62,939 nt of DNA from Aplysia californica (lineage: Eukaryota). The position numbers and the translations under genes were made by a program. The DNA lies in contig NW_004797709.1 in NCBI RefSeq assembly GCF_000002075.1, positions 398,182-461,120 on the forward strand, written 5' to 3'. Positions 12,705-24,700 of this stretch are shown piece after piece; positions within the stretch are counted from its first letter, which is position 1; the number at the start of each line of letters is the position of its first letter. The notes under the pieces are model-generated. The model saw only the letters and a program-made list of their open reading frames with translations, was not told the DNA's origin and searched no databases.

Positions 12705-13299
12705 GTTTGTTTGCACTGCAACTATTGTGTAAATGATCTTCCTAAAAGGACTGTTTTATTTCAGAAAGAGATGGAAGTCTGCAGACCAAGATATAATTTT
12801 ATCATTACAAAAAAGCTCTGATGTAGTTTGTTCCTTCTGTTCTATAAAACGTCTATCGCCTTTATTTCTCCTTCTTTTCTTTGTATGTGATTCTTTTGTA
12901 ACATCTCTAAATTTCAGCTCTTATAATGACCTGCCTATTTACACAGCAAGTGCTGTGAAACTCTTCCTAAAACTAAAACTATTAAAACTTAAAACTCGTT
13001 GTGGATGGTCGGAAGGTGTATCCGGTAGATCCAACATCTTTTCTTTCCCTCTGCAGCTTCTATCAGTTTTGTAATTCCCTTTACAGTTATTGTGTCTATG
13101 CACTTCTCTTTGCTTTAATTTACTATAAAAAGGATGTATGATTTGTACCATCTAGAATCTTGTTTGTTGGTGATTATGATTCTTTAATAATACCTGGAGC
13201 GGTGGCTTTTTACATATAAAAGGTAACACCATGCTCTGTCAACAAATATTACTGAGCAGCTATTAACTTTTAAAGTGAATTTGAGGTGTAAATTAACTA

Positions 13300-13486
13300 C
13301 AGGGAAGTCTGTTTAAACCAAAATCTGTGGAACCATTTTATTTTTTTAACTGTTTAGCAATGTTTTCAGTTTACAGAGATACTCAAGTAAAGAAGAACAA
13401 TTTTTTTTTGGATTTTATATATTTTCGGTTTACAGTTTACCTCTTGTTTTTGGATTAACCATATTCAGTTTAAGCGGACGCCACTG
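13300..13486. mobile_element. Old Tigger-like MITE; similar relic at 52987-53148
   Basis: TA|CAGGGAAGTCTGTTTAAAC...GTTTAAGCGGACGCCACTG|TA. Confidence 0.6.
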
Positions 13487-13724
13487 TATATGCCATCTAC
13501 TGCAGATTGTTCACTGAGCATAGACGGGAAAAGCCATCACTATTTTTAATACTTTCTCATAAAAGTGAATGAAAAAACGAAAATATCTGACACTTTTGGT
13601 TGATTTGTTCTAGTGTTAATGCTATACGAGGATGTTGATGGTAGTGGCGACTGTTTGCTTATTTATATGTAGGATGATGCTATTGGTGTGTTACATGTGA
13701 TCTATGATCATTTTATATTTTCAG

Positions 13725-13878
13725 AAACTGATGATTGATGAGAAAAAGGCATACTTCTTCGGTCGTAACAAACAGCTGTGTGACTTCACGATAGACCACT
13801 CCTCATGTTCAAGGGTTCACGCAGCTCTTGTGTGGCATCGCCATCTCTCTCGTCCATTTCTCATCGACCTCGGCAGTA
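13725..13878 (+). CDS. PPP1R8: PPP1R8/NIPP1 exon 3, FHA domain (KLMIDEKKAYFFGRN...CSRVHAAL...IDLGS)
   Basis: ttttcag acceptor, A|gtgagt donor; FHA GR and SRxH signatures. Confidence 0.95.
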
Positions 13879-14742
13879 GTGAGTACCTGTCTAATATTTG
13901 TGTTGAAGTTGGATTGCTCAAAATAACTGTGGGATTCTATTTCTTAAGACCTGCCGTGGCGCTCAGAAAATGTGAGTTTCATTCCTGAGTGGGGAAGTTC
14001 GGGGTTTTTTTCTGTTGAGTCTCTCCTTCTGTCTACTGGGATGATGTGTCCCGCTTAATTGAGGTTAAATTTTTATAGGGGTTACTACTGCTTTGAGACA
14101 CATGACACTGGGCAATTCAAATTGTGAATTCAAAATGTTTGCAAAAAATGAAATGTTTAAAGTTTTAAAAAATCTGTAAGGAACATGTGAAAAATACCTG
14201 ATGTGCAGTAATCGTTTGGTTTCTGCTAATGATACGCAATGGGGTCAAAACTTTTCCCCCATCCATTGTTATGCTTTTATTGGAAAATGGGTAAAACTAA
14301 AAAAGGAACACACACACTCACGTGCATGCACACATGCGCGCACAACACACACACACAGATATGTCTTGCGCATTGTGTGGATCATGACGTGCAGTGTGTA
14401 TTGTTTCAGTGAGATATTGCCTCTAGATTTTGTGCACTATGTCAACCACTGCAAAATTAGGGGGTGGGAGAGGGGTATGGACACATGTACAGTTGAAGTT
14501 ATGTAAGACGGCCGGTCATCCTTTGTCAAGGAGAAAAGTGGAAATCTGAGACAGATGGACGTCCTGGACAGTCTCATTATAGTATTTTTAAAATATCAAA
14601 ATAGCAAAGGGGGGGGGGGGGGGGTGGTCGATTGTACAGGTGACTGTCTTGGACAAATAGCTGTTAGAGTAGGTTCGAAGGTTCAACTTCACTTTACTTT
14701 TGCTGGAAAGTAAGTCGTCTCTGTCTCTCTCCCCCCCCCCAG

Positions 14743-14957
14743 CTCATGGCACGTTTATCGGACACATACGTCTGGAGTCCAAGAAGCCCCAGCAGGTGCC
14801 CATAGACAGCGAGATTCACTACGGTGCTTCCACACGCATCTACATTATCAGAGAACGACCGCAGATGGGAGTGGGCGGCATGGACGAGAAAGACGGAAAG
14901 AGGGATGAGTCTGAGGGGAATTTGTTAGGACTTCCTGAGTCTGAGACAGAACTCGAC
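14743..14957 (+). CDS. PPP1R8: PPP1R8/NIPP1 exon 4 (THGTFIGHIRLE...LLGLPESETELD)
   Basis: polyC-ag acceptor, GAC|gtgagt donor; FHA end and conserved LLGLPExETELD. Confidence 0.95.
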
Positions 14958-15804
14958 GTGAGTTTTGGTTTTTCGGTTTTTTTAGCCATGTACTTCAAAC
15001 TCTATTTAGTAATTACCTGCTAGGTTGTACAGACATGCTTTGTTCAGTTCTTTTAAAATTATATACATTCTGAAAAGAACATTTAAGAAATATATTTACT
15101 TGGGGGGTGGGGGGGAATTTTGGTTTAATACTTTATTTGTAAATGTAAACTAAGTTGAGTTTGTTCCGGAGCTGGATTTTAGGCTGAAGAAACGTCTGAG
15201 AAGGAAGAGAAATAAAATAAAATTTAGTTTTTATTTGTCAAGTTTGTAATCAAAATGAAGGAAAGTTACTGGCATGAAAGGAGGAATATATAATTTTAAA
15301 AGGATAGAAAAGAAGCTTTTGTTTTAATCTCTTTTAATAAGAGTTTTAGAATATTTTTTTTGTATTCTACAGATAACATCACGCTTTCTTAGTTTGCATG
15401 AGTTTCGTAAGAGTTTGACAGAAATTTCTCTAAGGTTTCAGGGTTTAGTTCTCATAGCTTAAGTGACTTCCGGTAAAAATAAAATTCTGGTGATCTAAGC
15501 TTGAAGTATGGACTTGTGCTTTTAGTTTTGAGAATTGTGGGGGGAAGGAGGAACTGTCTCTCAGCATCTGTGGTGTAATGATTAAGCACTTTGTTGTTGT
15601 ATGAAGATGGTTTGAGTTTGATTCACGGGTGGGGAAGCCTTTTTAATCATCTGCTTGTTGTATTCCACTTAATGTTCACAAACAGGGTTCAATGCTGCCC
15701 ATTTTTAAAAAATGATAAAATTTACTTTATGGGAATATATAACTTTTACATACCCCTCCAGAGTAAAAAAAAAGCGCATTTTTTAATTCGTTTCTCTCCA
15801 TCAG

Positions 15805-15943
15805 AATCTCACAGAATTCAACACAGCTCACAACCGTAGAGTAATATCAGTGGCAGATATGCCCGATGTACCAAACCCACTCAAGCGAAAACACAAAGGC
15901 GGCCATGTTGGCTTTGCAGATGAGGAAGATGTTATCAATCCAG
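15805..15943 (+). CDS. PPP1R8: PPP1R8/NIPP1 exon 5 (NLTEFNTAHNRR...KRKHKGGHVGFADEEDVINP), PP1-anchoring region
   Basis: ctccatcag acceptor, G|gtacga donor; NLTEFNTAHN conserved; phases consistent. Confidence 0.95.
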
Positions 15944-17351
15944 GTACGATCGTTTTTCTTTTTTTTGACTTGCAGGTTTATCAAATGAGCATTCTTTCAT
16001 GCTTGAAGCAGTTGTGATTAAAAATGAAAAGAAATTCTGTAATTATTTGTTTAACATATGAAGGTTGATAAAGTAACCATAATTCAAATGCCAAGTAGCA
16101 GTTATCACTTTAGTATTGTTATTATAATTTGGGCCTTAAAAAATTCACAATATTTTTATTCTTTACTTATGTGAAAGTATTTTCATTTTGCTGAAGTTAT
16201 CTTGGTCTTTTAATTTCCCTCTTTGCAGTTTCATAGTCGATGCTGGTAAATAGACATCAAGGCTCAAATGAAAGGCTCTGCATGTTTTATGGTCAGATAG
16301 TCTGATAGTCTTCAGTATTCCGAAGATTGAAGAGTTCAGTCTTAAAACGCATTTTTTTAAAATGGTTTAAGAGTGCCTCTCAGAAATCTTACTTCTTTTC
16401 TTTCCCTCAGTTATTTCCGTCTTTCTTACTTTTACCCAGCATAAAATTACTGTTATCATGTCAATGTGCTTCTCTTTACTCAATTTTTTTATACTTCAAA
16501 TAATCCATCGTAATAATTGTTTGACTGGGATAAAGTGTCTTGTGACAAAGTTTCCATTACTCAGCGCTTTTCTTCCCAGTAGTTTTCTTATTGAGTTCAA
16601 ACAAAAATGCGGGTATAATTGATACTCGTCCTTGATGCTTTTCGGGAAATTTCAGCCACTTTAGCTGTCTGGGAAGCATTTTTAGTATTCTGATGCAGCA
16701 GGCTCTCAGATTACTTATTGTGGGTGGGATTTCATTGGTCGTTTTTTTGTTTGTTTTGTTTTTCTTTTAATGTGCCTTTTGAATTCGACNNNNNNNNNNN
16801 NNNNNNNNNNNNNNNNNNNNNNNNNNNNNNNNNNNNNNNNNNNNNNNNNNNNNNNNNNNNNNNNNNNNNNNNNNNNNNNNNNNNNNNNNNNNNNNNNNNN
16901 NNNNNNNNNNNNNNNNNNNNNNNNNNNNNNNNNNNNNNNNNNNNNNNNNNNNNNNNNNNNNNNNNNNAAAATACCCGAACACAAAAACATCTGAACAACT
17001 CTTGTCTGTCTGTTCTTAATTCAGTCTCTCTCCTTATTATTTTCAAATGAATATCAATTGAAGGTTCTTAAATTTCTTTCCATTTTTGTCTTCTTTTTTT
17101 TTTTTTTGATAGTTCAACCCACTGCATCTGTTTTTATTTATACCCTTTTTTTTTCATATGGATTGTCAGTTTTAACAGTTATGTTTGTATGTAGGCTGTG
17201 CCGTATTCATGCCGATCGGCTGCTGATACATTTTGTGTAAACTCTACACCTTGTGGGGAAGAAGGAGGGTAACTGTGTCTGTGTATGTGGGAATTTATCC
17301 TCATTCGGTCCGTTCTCATTTGTGTCTTCCAATGTTTTTGTTTTTGAACAG

Positions 17352-17416
17352 AGGACGTTGACCCTTCAATAGGCAGGTTTAGAAATCTGGTGCAAACAAC
17401 AGTCATCCCAACAAAG
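17352..17416 (+). CDS. PPP1R8: PPP1R8/NIPP1 exon 6 (EDVDPSIGRFRNLVQTTVIPTK)
   Basis: tttttgaacag acceptor, AAG|gtaagc donor; conserved DVDPSxGRFRN. Confidence 0.95.
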
Positions 17417-17599
17417 GTAAGCTCTCATTGTGCTCAAATGTCAGACTGGTTACGTCTTAAGTTAAATGAAGGAGTATGGCTCGTTTGAATATATGGTTTC
17501 TTGCCCTGGCTTGATAATAAACTTAAACAATATTTCTGTAAAGACTGTTGCGGACTGGTTGCAGCTTTAGGTTTGACCTTTAACCTACTTTAAAAGAAA

Positions 17600-19110
17600 T
17601 TTACTTACTCCCTCCCTATACCGTCAGGTACATAAGGCGGAGAGCAGTCGATGCCAAGCTTGTCTGTTCCGGGCCACTTTCTCCAATTTCAACATCTCTT
17701 GGCCCTGGATGATTGTCTCATCCCTAATTGTGCCTCTATAGTTTCCAGTTGGTCTTCCTCGCTTTCTCTTTCCAGTTGGTTTCCAATGCCATGTCTTATA
17801 GGGCAATCTCATCTTTGGCATTCTCAGAACAAGCCCCAGATATCTCCATTTTCTCTTTTTTATTGTTGTGTTGATATCTTCAATTCCAGCTCTTTCCAAC
17901 ACTTCATTATTTGTAATAAATTCATTCCATTAGTAGAATTCTTTGTAGACATTTTGTTTGGAAGCTTTATAATTTTCGTTGAATTGTTTTGTTTGTTTTC
18001 CATATCTCTGAACCATATGTCAGTACAGCTAAAATATTGCTATTATATATTTTAAATTTCGTCTTCAATGAAATGATCTTTGACTTCCATATAGTTTTTA
18101 ATTCTACTAAAGCGATCCATGCATTTTTAAGTCTTTGGTGAACGTCGTCAAGGTAGTCTGCAGTTTTGGATATAATGCTGTCAAGGTATTTGAATTTATT
18201 AATTTCTGCAAGGGGTTCTCCATAAAGAGTGATGGGTGTAGTTTCTGATCATAATCGTAGTACTTCTGTTTTGGATACATTTATTATAAGGCTAACTTTT
18301 TCCGCAACTTTTGCTAGTTTGTGTGTTTTTTGATTGCACTTCATGTACTGTGGTGTTTAACAGGCAGATGTCATCCACAAAATCTAGATCTCCTAAATAT
18401 GTGCCATTTGTCCATCCAATGCCTGTTTCAATGTATTTACTGACTCATTACAAAACCGATCACAATTCCAAAAAGTACAGGTGATTATATACTGCCTTGT
18501 CTAACACAAGTGTTTACTTTAAAAGATGTAGATAGCTCTGCTTCAACTAGGAAACAGCAGCTTGCATTGGCATATAATGATCTTATACAGTTTATTATTT
18601 TTGTTGGGATGCCATAAGTTTTCCACAGGGCCTCTCGGTCTATGCTGTCAAAGGCTTTTTTAAGTCCACAAAGTTCAAGATAATTAAAAAACATTAAATT
18701 CTTACCTTTGTTCTACGATATTTCTTAGAACAAGCAGTTGATCTGTACACGATATCCTTTGTCGAAAACCCACCTGTTCCTCCTCTTAGTCTCTCATCTA
18801 TTGTAGTTCTGATACGAGACTAGATAATAGCGCAAAATCATTTTCCCGGCACTCATAAAAGCGTTATTCCTCTCCAATTCCTGCAGTCTTTTAAGTCCCC
18901 TTTTTTTGGGTTGTTTTATTAATTATATTTCCCTTTCTCCATTCCAAGGACGTGTTTTCTTTTTCAAGAATTTCGTTAAATAGCCTTAGTAAAAGGAATA
19001 TCTCATAACCTTTTTTTTCAATCGTTTTACGCTTCTCAGCGGTAATTCTATCTTCTCCTGGACTTTTGCTTCTTTTCATTTTCATGACTGCTGTTAAAAT
19101 GTCTGGCATG
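17600..19110 (-). mobile_element. Decayed, 5'-truncated RTE-clade LINE in PPP1R8 intron 6
   Basis: Frameshifted RT pieces: KSPGEDRITAE, WRKGNII, NWRGITL, KKAFDSIDR, VRQG, LGDLDFVDD, KRKWRYLG..LR, GKRKRGRP, RQAWHRLLSALC*; short TAAG-like tail. Confidence 0.9.
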
Positions 19111-21129
19111 GAAAGATGATGAACTGGATTTCAATGGAAATCTAATTTGTAAATGATACTTTGGCATTATGACAGTTGGAAAATGTGATGCCAAAGCCAT
19201 TTCGAACTCTAATTGCTAGATCAAATTTCACATATATACCAATTTTTTTGGGAAGAGGCATTGTATTGTACATTTATCATTTAACTCATGAATGATTTGC
19301 TCTGCCATTCTCAGTGAAAAACCTCACTCGATTGGAAGTAATGCAATTGTATAGTTGGTGGAAAACTTTTTTAAGGTGATAAATCTTATATGAATAATGC
19401 ACAAAAAGCACAGTTATGTGAGGATAATGATTACATTTACAATAATTGCATTTATATAGCGCATATCTATGCTCTACAGCATGCTCTATGGGCTTCGCAA
19501 CTGCCCAGCAAACAGTAGAAACATTTTGGCGCTCATATGACCTTATGCAGTTGCGAGCGCCGTAAAACCCTCAACTATAAAAAAAAAGTAGAAACATTCT
19601 CGGCATCTCAGGAAGCGTACAGTGCTAACAGCCCATTACGCACTAAAACACTAACAAACTGACAAGATCTTTCGCTGTCTATAGCCGAAACCCATTCCCT
19701 CCCGGGTTAAATCCATAAAATTTGTGTGAAGTGCCTTCCCCAAGGACACAATTGTTGGGCTCCTTCCTGACCTTTTGTGGTGGAGCCCGACAACCCAGCC
19801 TAATCATTTGATTATTGATTCCATAGCATAGTTCATTTTTTTAGCTTAACACTTAACTAACAGTTTTTGGGTATTTGTTTTTTAAGAAATGTATTGCCAG
19901 TTTGCAATAGATGATGGGATTCTTCCCCCCCCCCCCCCCCCCCATTATTCTATTTGTTATGGCAGCCACACTTATTTTCCCTTTTATAGGAATTGTATTT
20001 GTGTTGTCTTTGCCAAATAATTATTTTTGTGTAGCAATACCAAGTTAAACTTGTTTCAAATTATGAGAATGCTGTTCTTTAGTCATGTCCTTCAAAGGCC
20101 AGTAAAGTTGTTTTTTTTTAGTGGTCTTACCTTTTCATTGTGTGTTCCAATACTTATGTAATGGTGTTTGTGGTGCAGCAGATGGTTACTTAGCCATTAC
20201 ATGCAGAAGACCTGAGTTTCATTTCCGTTTGGGGAGGATTTTTAAAGAGTGTCTCGGTTTTTCTGTTGGCACACTGTATCACTCTTAGCATGGGTTAGTC
20301 CTGACAGGCAGGATCAAAGTTCACCACCGAAATAGTTTAAATTGTGTTGATAGAGGTGTAAAAACGTCTACATGAAAGAACCCCCCCCAAAAACCCCCCC
20401 ACAAAAACAATACAGTTAAAAATGCCTAAGGTGACCACCCCATTGTGTTTTGTAGTTGCTATTGACAGGTGGAAGTCTTGGACAGTGTCATGATTGTATA
20501 TATTGAAAAACAAAAGGGGGAAAATGGGAAGTGGTCGTCTGTACCGCTGATTGTCATGGACAGATGGCCATTAGTAGAGCAAATTTGATTGTTCTTATCT
20601 GTGATACATCTGTGTTTTGTAGTGCCCAGTAGTCTGTTAGTCTTTTTGTTCTTCAATATCTTATTCAATTTTTGTTGTTGTGGTTGTTGTTTTTATCTCA
20701 TTCCAGCGATGTAAACAGTATTTCTGTTTGTTGTGGGTGGTTGGCGGGTGCTCTGATGTGGTTTGCTTCTTCTTTCCTATCAATGATCAAACATGTATCG
20801 TCCTTATCTCCCCTTCTTGTTTTTTATGTTTGTTACTTTCTTGTAACACCTCTTATCATTCTGGCGCTCATATGACCTTATGCAGTTGCGAGCGCCGTAA
20901 AACCTCTACTAAAACATAAACATTCTGTTCTTTAGTGTCTTTTGGTTGTTAATTTCTCATTCCAGCGAGGTAAGCAGTCTTTCTGTCTGCTTTTTCTTTC
21001 CTATCAAACATCTATTGTCTTTATCTCCCCCCCTTCTTTAGTATCTTATCGTTGTTAATTTCTCATTCCAGCGAGGTAAACAGTCTGTCTGTTCCTTAGT
21101 ATCTTATCGTTGTTAATTTCTCATTCCAG

Positions 21130-21459
21130 CGAGGTAAACTGGACATCGGAGCGGCGGGCATGAACCAGCACATCCACGAGTCAAAGAACCCCCTCAGTCC
21201 TACCAGCCTGTACGGTGACCTGCCCGCTTCGGGCCCCGGCTCCATGTTGGCAAACCCGCTCAGCATCGCCGCCAAACTGGGCCTGCCCGTGCCGAACTTA
21301 GCGCCGGACGTGGACTTCCAGAGTCCCGCCCCTCCCCCCGCGGCGCCCCCTGTGGCCGTCACTGTCCCGGAAGAGCCCGGTCCAAAGGAGCCCAAGAAGA
21401 AGAAATATGCAAAAGAGGCGTGGCCGGGGAAGAAACCTTCGCACAATTTGCTGGTCTGA
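21130..21459 (+). CDS. PPP1R8: PPP1R8/NIPP1 exon 7, last (RGKLDIG...PNLAPDV...PKKKKYAKEAWPGKKPSHNLLV*)
   Basis: ctcattccag acceptor in phase 0; hallmark C-terminal KKKKYAKEAWPG; exons sum to 1005 nt (334 aa + stop). Confidence 0.93.
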   Translation, partial: RGKLDIGAAGMNQHIHESKNPLSPTSLYGDLPASGPGSMLANPLSIAAKLGLPVPNLAPDVDFQSPAPPPAAPPVAVTVPEEPGPKEPKKKKYAKEAWPGKKPSHNLLV

Positions 21460-21494
21460 GGGGTGGGGTTTTATTGTGGGTGGGTGGGTAGGTG

Positions 21495-21750
21495 GGACTT
21501 TCTTGTTCATTGCTCATTCCGAGTGGAATGAGTTAGTTCATTTTCCATTATGGGTTGGAATTGGTTAGTTCATTGTTCATTTTGGGTTGGGAATGGGCGT
21601 AGCTTGTTCATTGTTCATTATGGATTGGAATGGACTAGTTCATTTTTCATTATGGGTTGGAATTGGTTTGTTCATTTTTCATTTTGGGTTGGAAAAAATG
21701 GTTAGGCCAGTTCATTGTTCATTTTGGGTGGTAAGGGCTAGTTCATTGTT
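21495..21750 (+). repeat. About 37-bp minisatellite (about 7 degenerate units) at the start of the PPP1R8 3'UTR
   Basis: Recurring TAGTTCATTGTTCATT(T/A)TGGGTTGGAATGG. Confidence 0.85.
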
Positions 21751-24700
21751 CTTTCAAGGCGGAACAGTGTACTGAATGTAGCAGATCAAGAAGCAATGAA
21801 GTACAAATTAACTGGCCTGTCTGTCTTTGGACACTTGTAAAACGTACTGCAAGTCTTTTTATTGCTGTTCTTGAAGGATGCTTAATTCTTTATCTGCATA
21901 TGGCACACGCACTCATACAGTTTTGAGAAAAGAGAACAAAGAAAAGCGCAAAGGCTTGACAACAGTCGTTTAATACTGGGAGAAAAATGCAAAACGGACA
22001 GACAGAAAGAAAAGAGGCATCGTAAAAAAGTGGGACCTGCATGTGAAATCAATGCAGGGTTGTTTCAAAATCAAACCTGTTTGCAGAAGCTGATTTGTAT
22101 GGTTAGCTTTGCGTGTTTCATGCTGTATAACAAAGTGTTTTCTCCGAGAAGCGTTTTAGTCTCAGCAAATGTTAAAAGGTTAAAAGGTGTTCTGAATGAC
22201 TCAGCCTTTCAGTTTTTGTTCAGCTGGCAAATCCGCTATATTAAATTAGATCTGGGATCATTCAGGGAGTTTAATAGAGCAGTCATAGATTTTACCTTGT
22301 TCTCATTGTTTCATTGTGGTTTGAACAAGGGTTGGTATGAGGACAAATGGTGCACTCGACAGTTGTTGTTATGACTATTGAATGGTTAATTCTCAAGTGA
22401 AAAGGGGGAGTATGGTAGTGGGTTACATGAGTGTAAAAAGATGTATGTGTTGGATGCACTTATGCAAGGGTTTGTGCTGTGAAGGAAAGAGTGTGGAAGA
22501 TGAAAGGCATGATTGAGAGATAGCTAACTGATGAGAGAGAGAGAGATTGATAGATTGACAGAGTGTACTTTGATTATAATATAATGTCCTTTTTAAAATT
22601 TTCTTCGTTTTTGTATGGTTTTTTTGTCTTTGCTTGTGTAGCAAGAGCAAGAGAGAAAAAAAAACCTTACAGATAATATATACATGCTATGTGTATGGTA
22701 ATAGATATGTGTGTGCATACGTGAGTGTGTTGTGGTTGTTTTTTGGTCTCTGCGCCTTGTGTTCATTCACAGCATTTCACCAATGGATATTATTAAGTCC
22801 TTTTTGCTTTAGAATTATAGATCAGCAAGGTAGGGCTGTAGGCCAAAATCAAGACTGGTCCTCCGTTATTTGAGGTATAAATGTAACTACACAAAGACTA
22901 CAGGTTGAGAATCTGGCAAGTCACAGTTTTGTGATCTTGAGAAACCTTAGGTTGTTGGGTTTTTTAAAAAGTTTGAACCCGGTATCTTTCGGAAGGTATA
23001 AAATTACTGTATACCATTTTTTTTCTTCGCACTTCTTGAAATTGCGATATATTTTTTTAAATCTGCAAATTCAAGTCATTTGTTAAATTTCTCTCCTGCA
23101 TTGGAACCCAAAAAGAGAATCTGTAATTACTTACCAGTGTTCATCACTTTTACAGGAATTCAGACAGAACCTGCCCCATTAAGACACACCTATGCTTGTG
23201 GGTGAAATGGACATCAACATGTGTTTTCCTTGAACTTGTTGTCTGCACTGCTTTGCATCAGAGTTTAGCTGCACTTAAAAATAAGATAACTGTATACTAG
23301 TATTCATTTAGAAGTACGTCAGACAACATACATGACACTGGACGGCATAAACTGCAAAGTCAAAATGTTCAGGAAAACAAAATGTTTTGTAAAAAAAAAA
23401 TGCGGTGAATAGTATCTCCTTTACGTAAGTATTTCCATTTTCTCCTGTTACAAAAGTTTTTAAAAGTGTCACGAAACCGCTTGGGGCATAACTCAGAAAG
23501 ATAGTGCGACATTGCTGTTTTACCCCTGTAGTCTTCAGATGTACTTCTAATACTTCTATGGATGAAGTGTATATTTGTGAGGCAGCGTGGTGAAGTCAGG
23601 CTCTCGTCAAAATAAAGAAATCGTAGAAAGAGGCATAAGTTTGGAAATTTTGATCGAATTTTTATTTTTTGGCTTGACCTCTTTTATGTCCATGTAAAAA
23701 CACATTTTCATGTGAATTTTACTGAAAAACATTGATTAAAGGCACTAAATATGCCATTTTTCAGTTTTCAATGACTCTTTAGCTATTGGAGTTACCTAAC
23801 TTTAGCGGCCTTTTTCTCATTAATTTCACCACTGAAATCATGCGACCTCAGTTCCTTCAATATCGGATATCTTGATATAAGTAAATCAGCTTTCACATGT
23901 TAACAATAACAATAACACCACATGCCCAAATATTTTCGAGCACCTGATTCCACTGCGCCGTAACACATTTCATTATTAATTTGTACATTGATTTAACCCT
24001 TTATTTGCAGATATACTTGTCCATTTGCTAATACAAGAACTGCTCTGTGACTTGATTGCAGATACCATTAGTAAACTTTTTAGGGTGTAAAAATATGCTT
24101 TGCTAAAGATGCTGGAAAAATGGAGTTATCTGTCAAATGAGTATGAGACACAAGAACATACGTTTTAATCATGTAAAAAAAAAATATCTAAAACTTTTGC
24201 TGGACCCTGTCCTAGTTTTCTCTTACTCTGGTGTCTGGTGTAATGGTAAGGCTCCCAACCGCCAAATGCAGAAGGCGAGGGTTTGATTCCCAAGCTGGGA
24301 AGTTTTTCTTAACAAGTATCTCTCTAAATGATGTACATTGTGACGATGGGCTCGTAAAACACTTGCAATTACTATTTAATTGTTCGTACAAAGTGGTGCT
24401 TTTGCTTTCTTTTGCTGCCATAGGTCCTGTACTGTAATGTTGTCTTGTAATGAACTTGATTGAGTGTCTCAGAAGCCCCTCGTTAGTGTCATGAGGATGG
24501 AATGTTGTTTTGAGTATTTGAAGTGCAAAATTATTTTAAATGCTTCTCATTAAAAAATTCAGGGTGTTTATGAAATGCAGTCACACTTGTGTGGCCTTTT
24601 GCATGATCTTGGTGGGCGATCTTAAAGAGGTATGTATGCTGTAGCTTTGCCTGAGCGGTAGACATGAAGGAAATCATGTTCCAAATGCTACTCCCATCCC

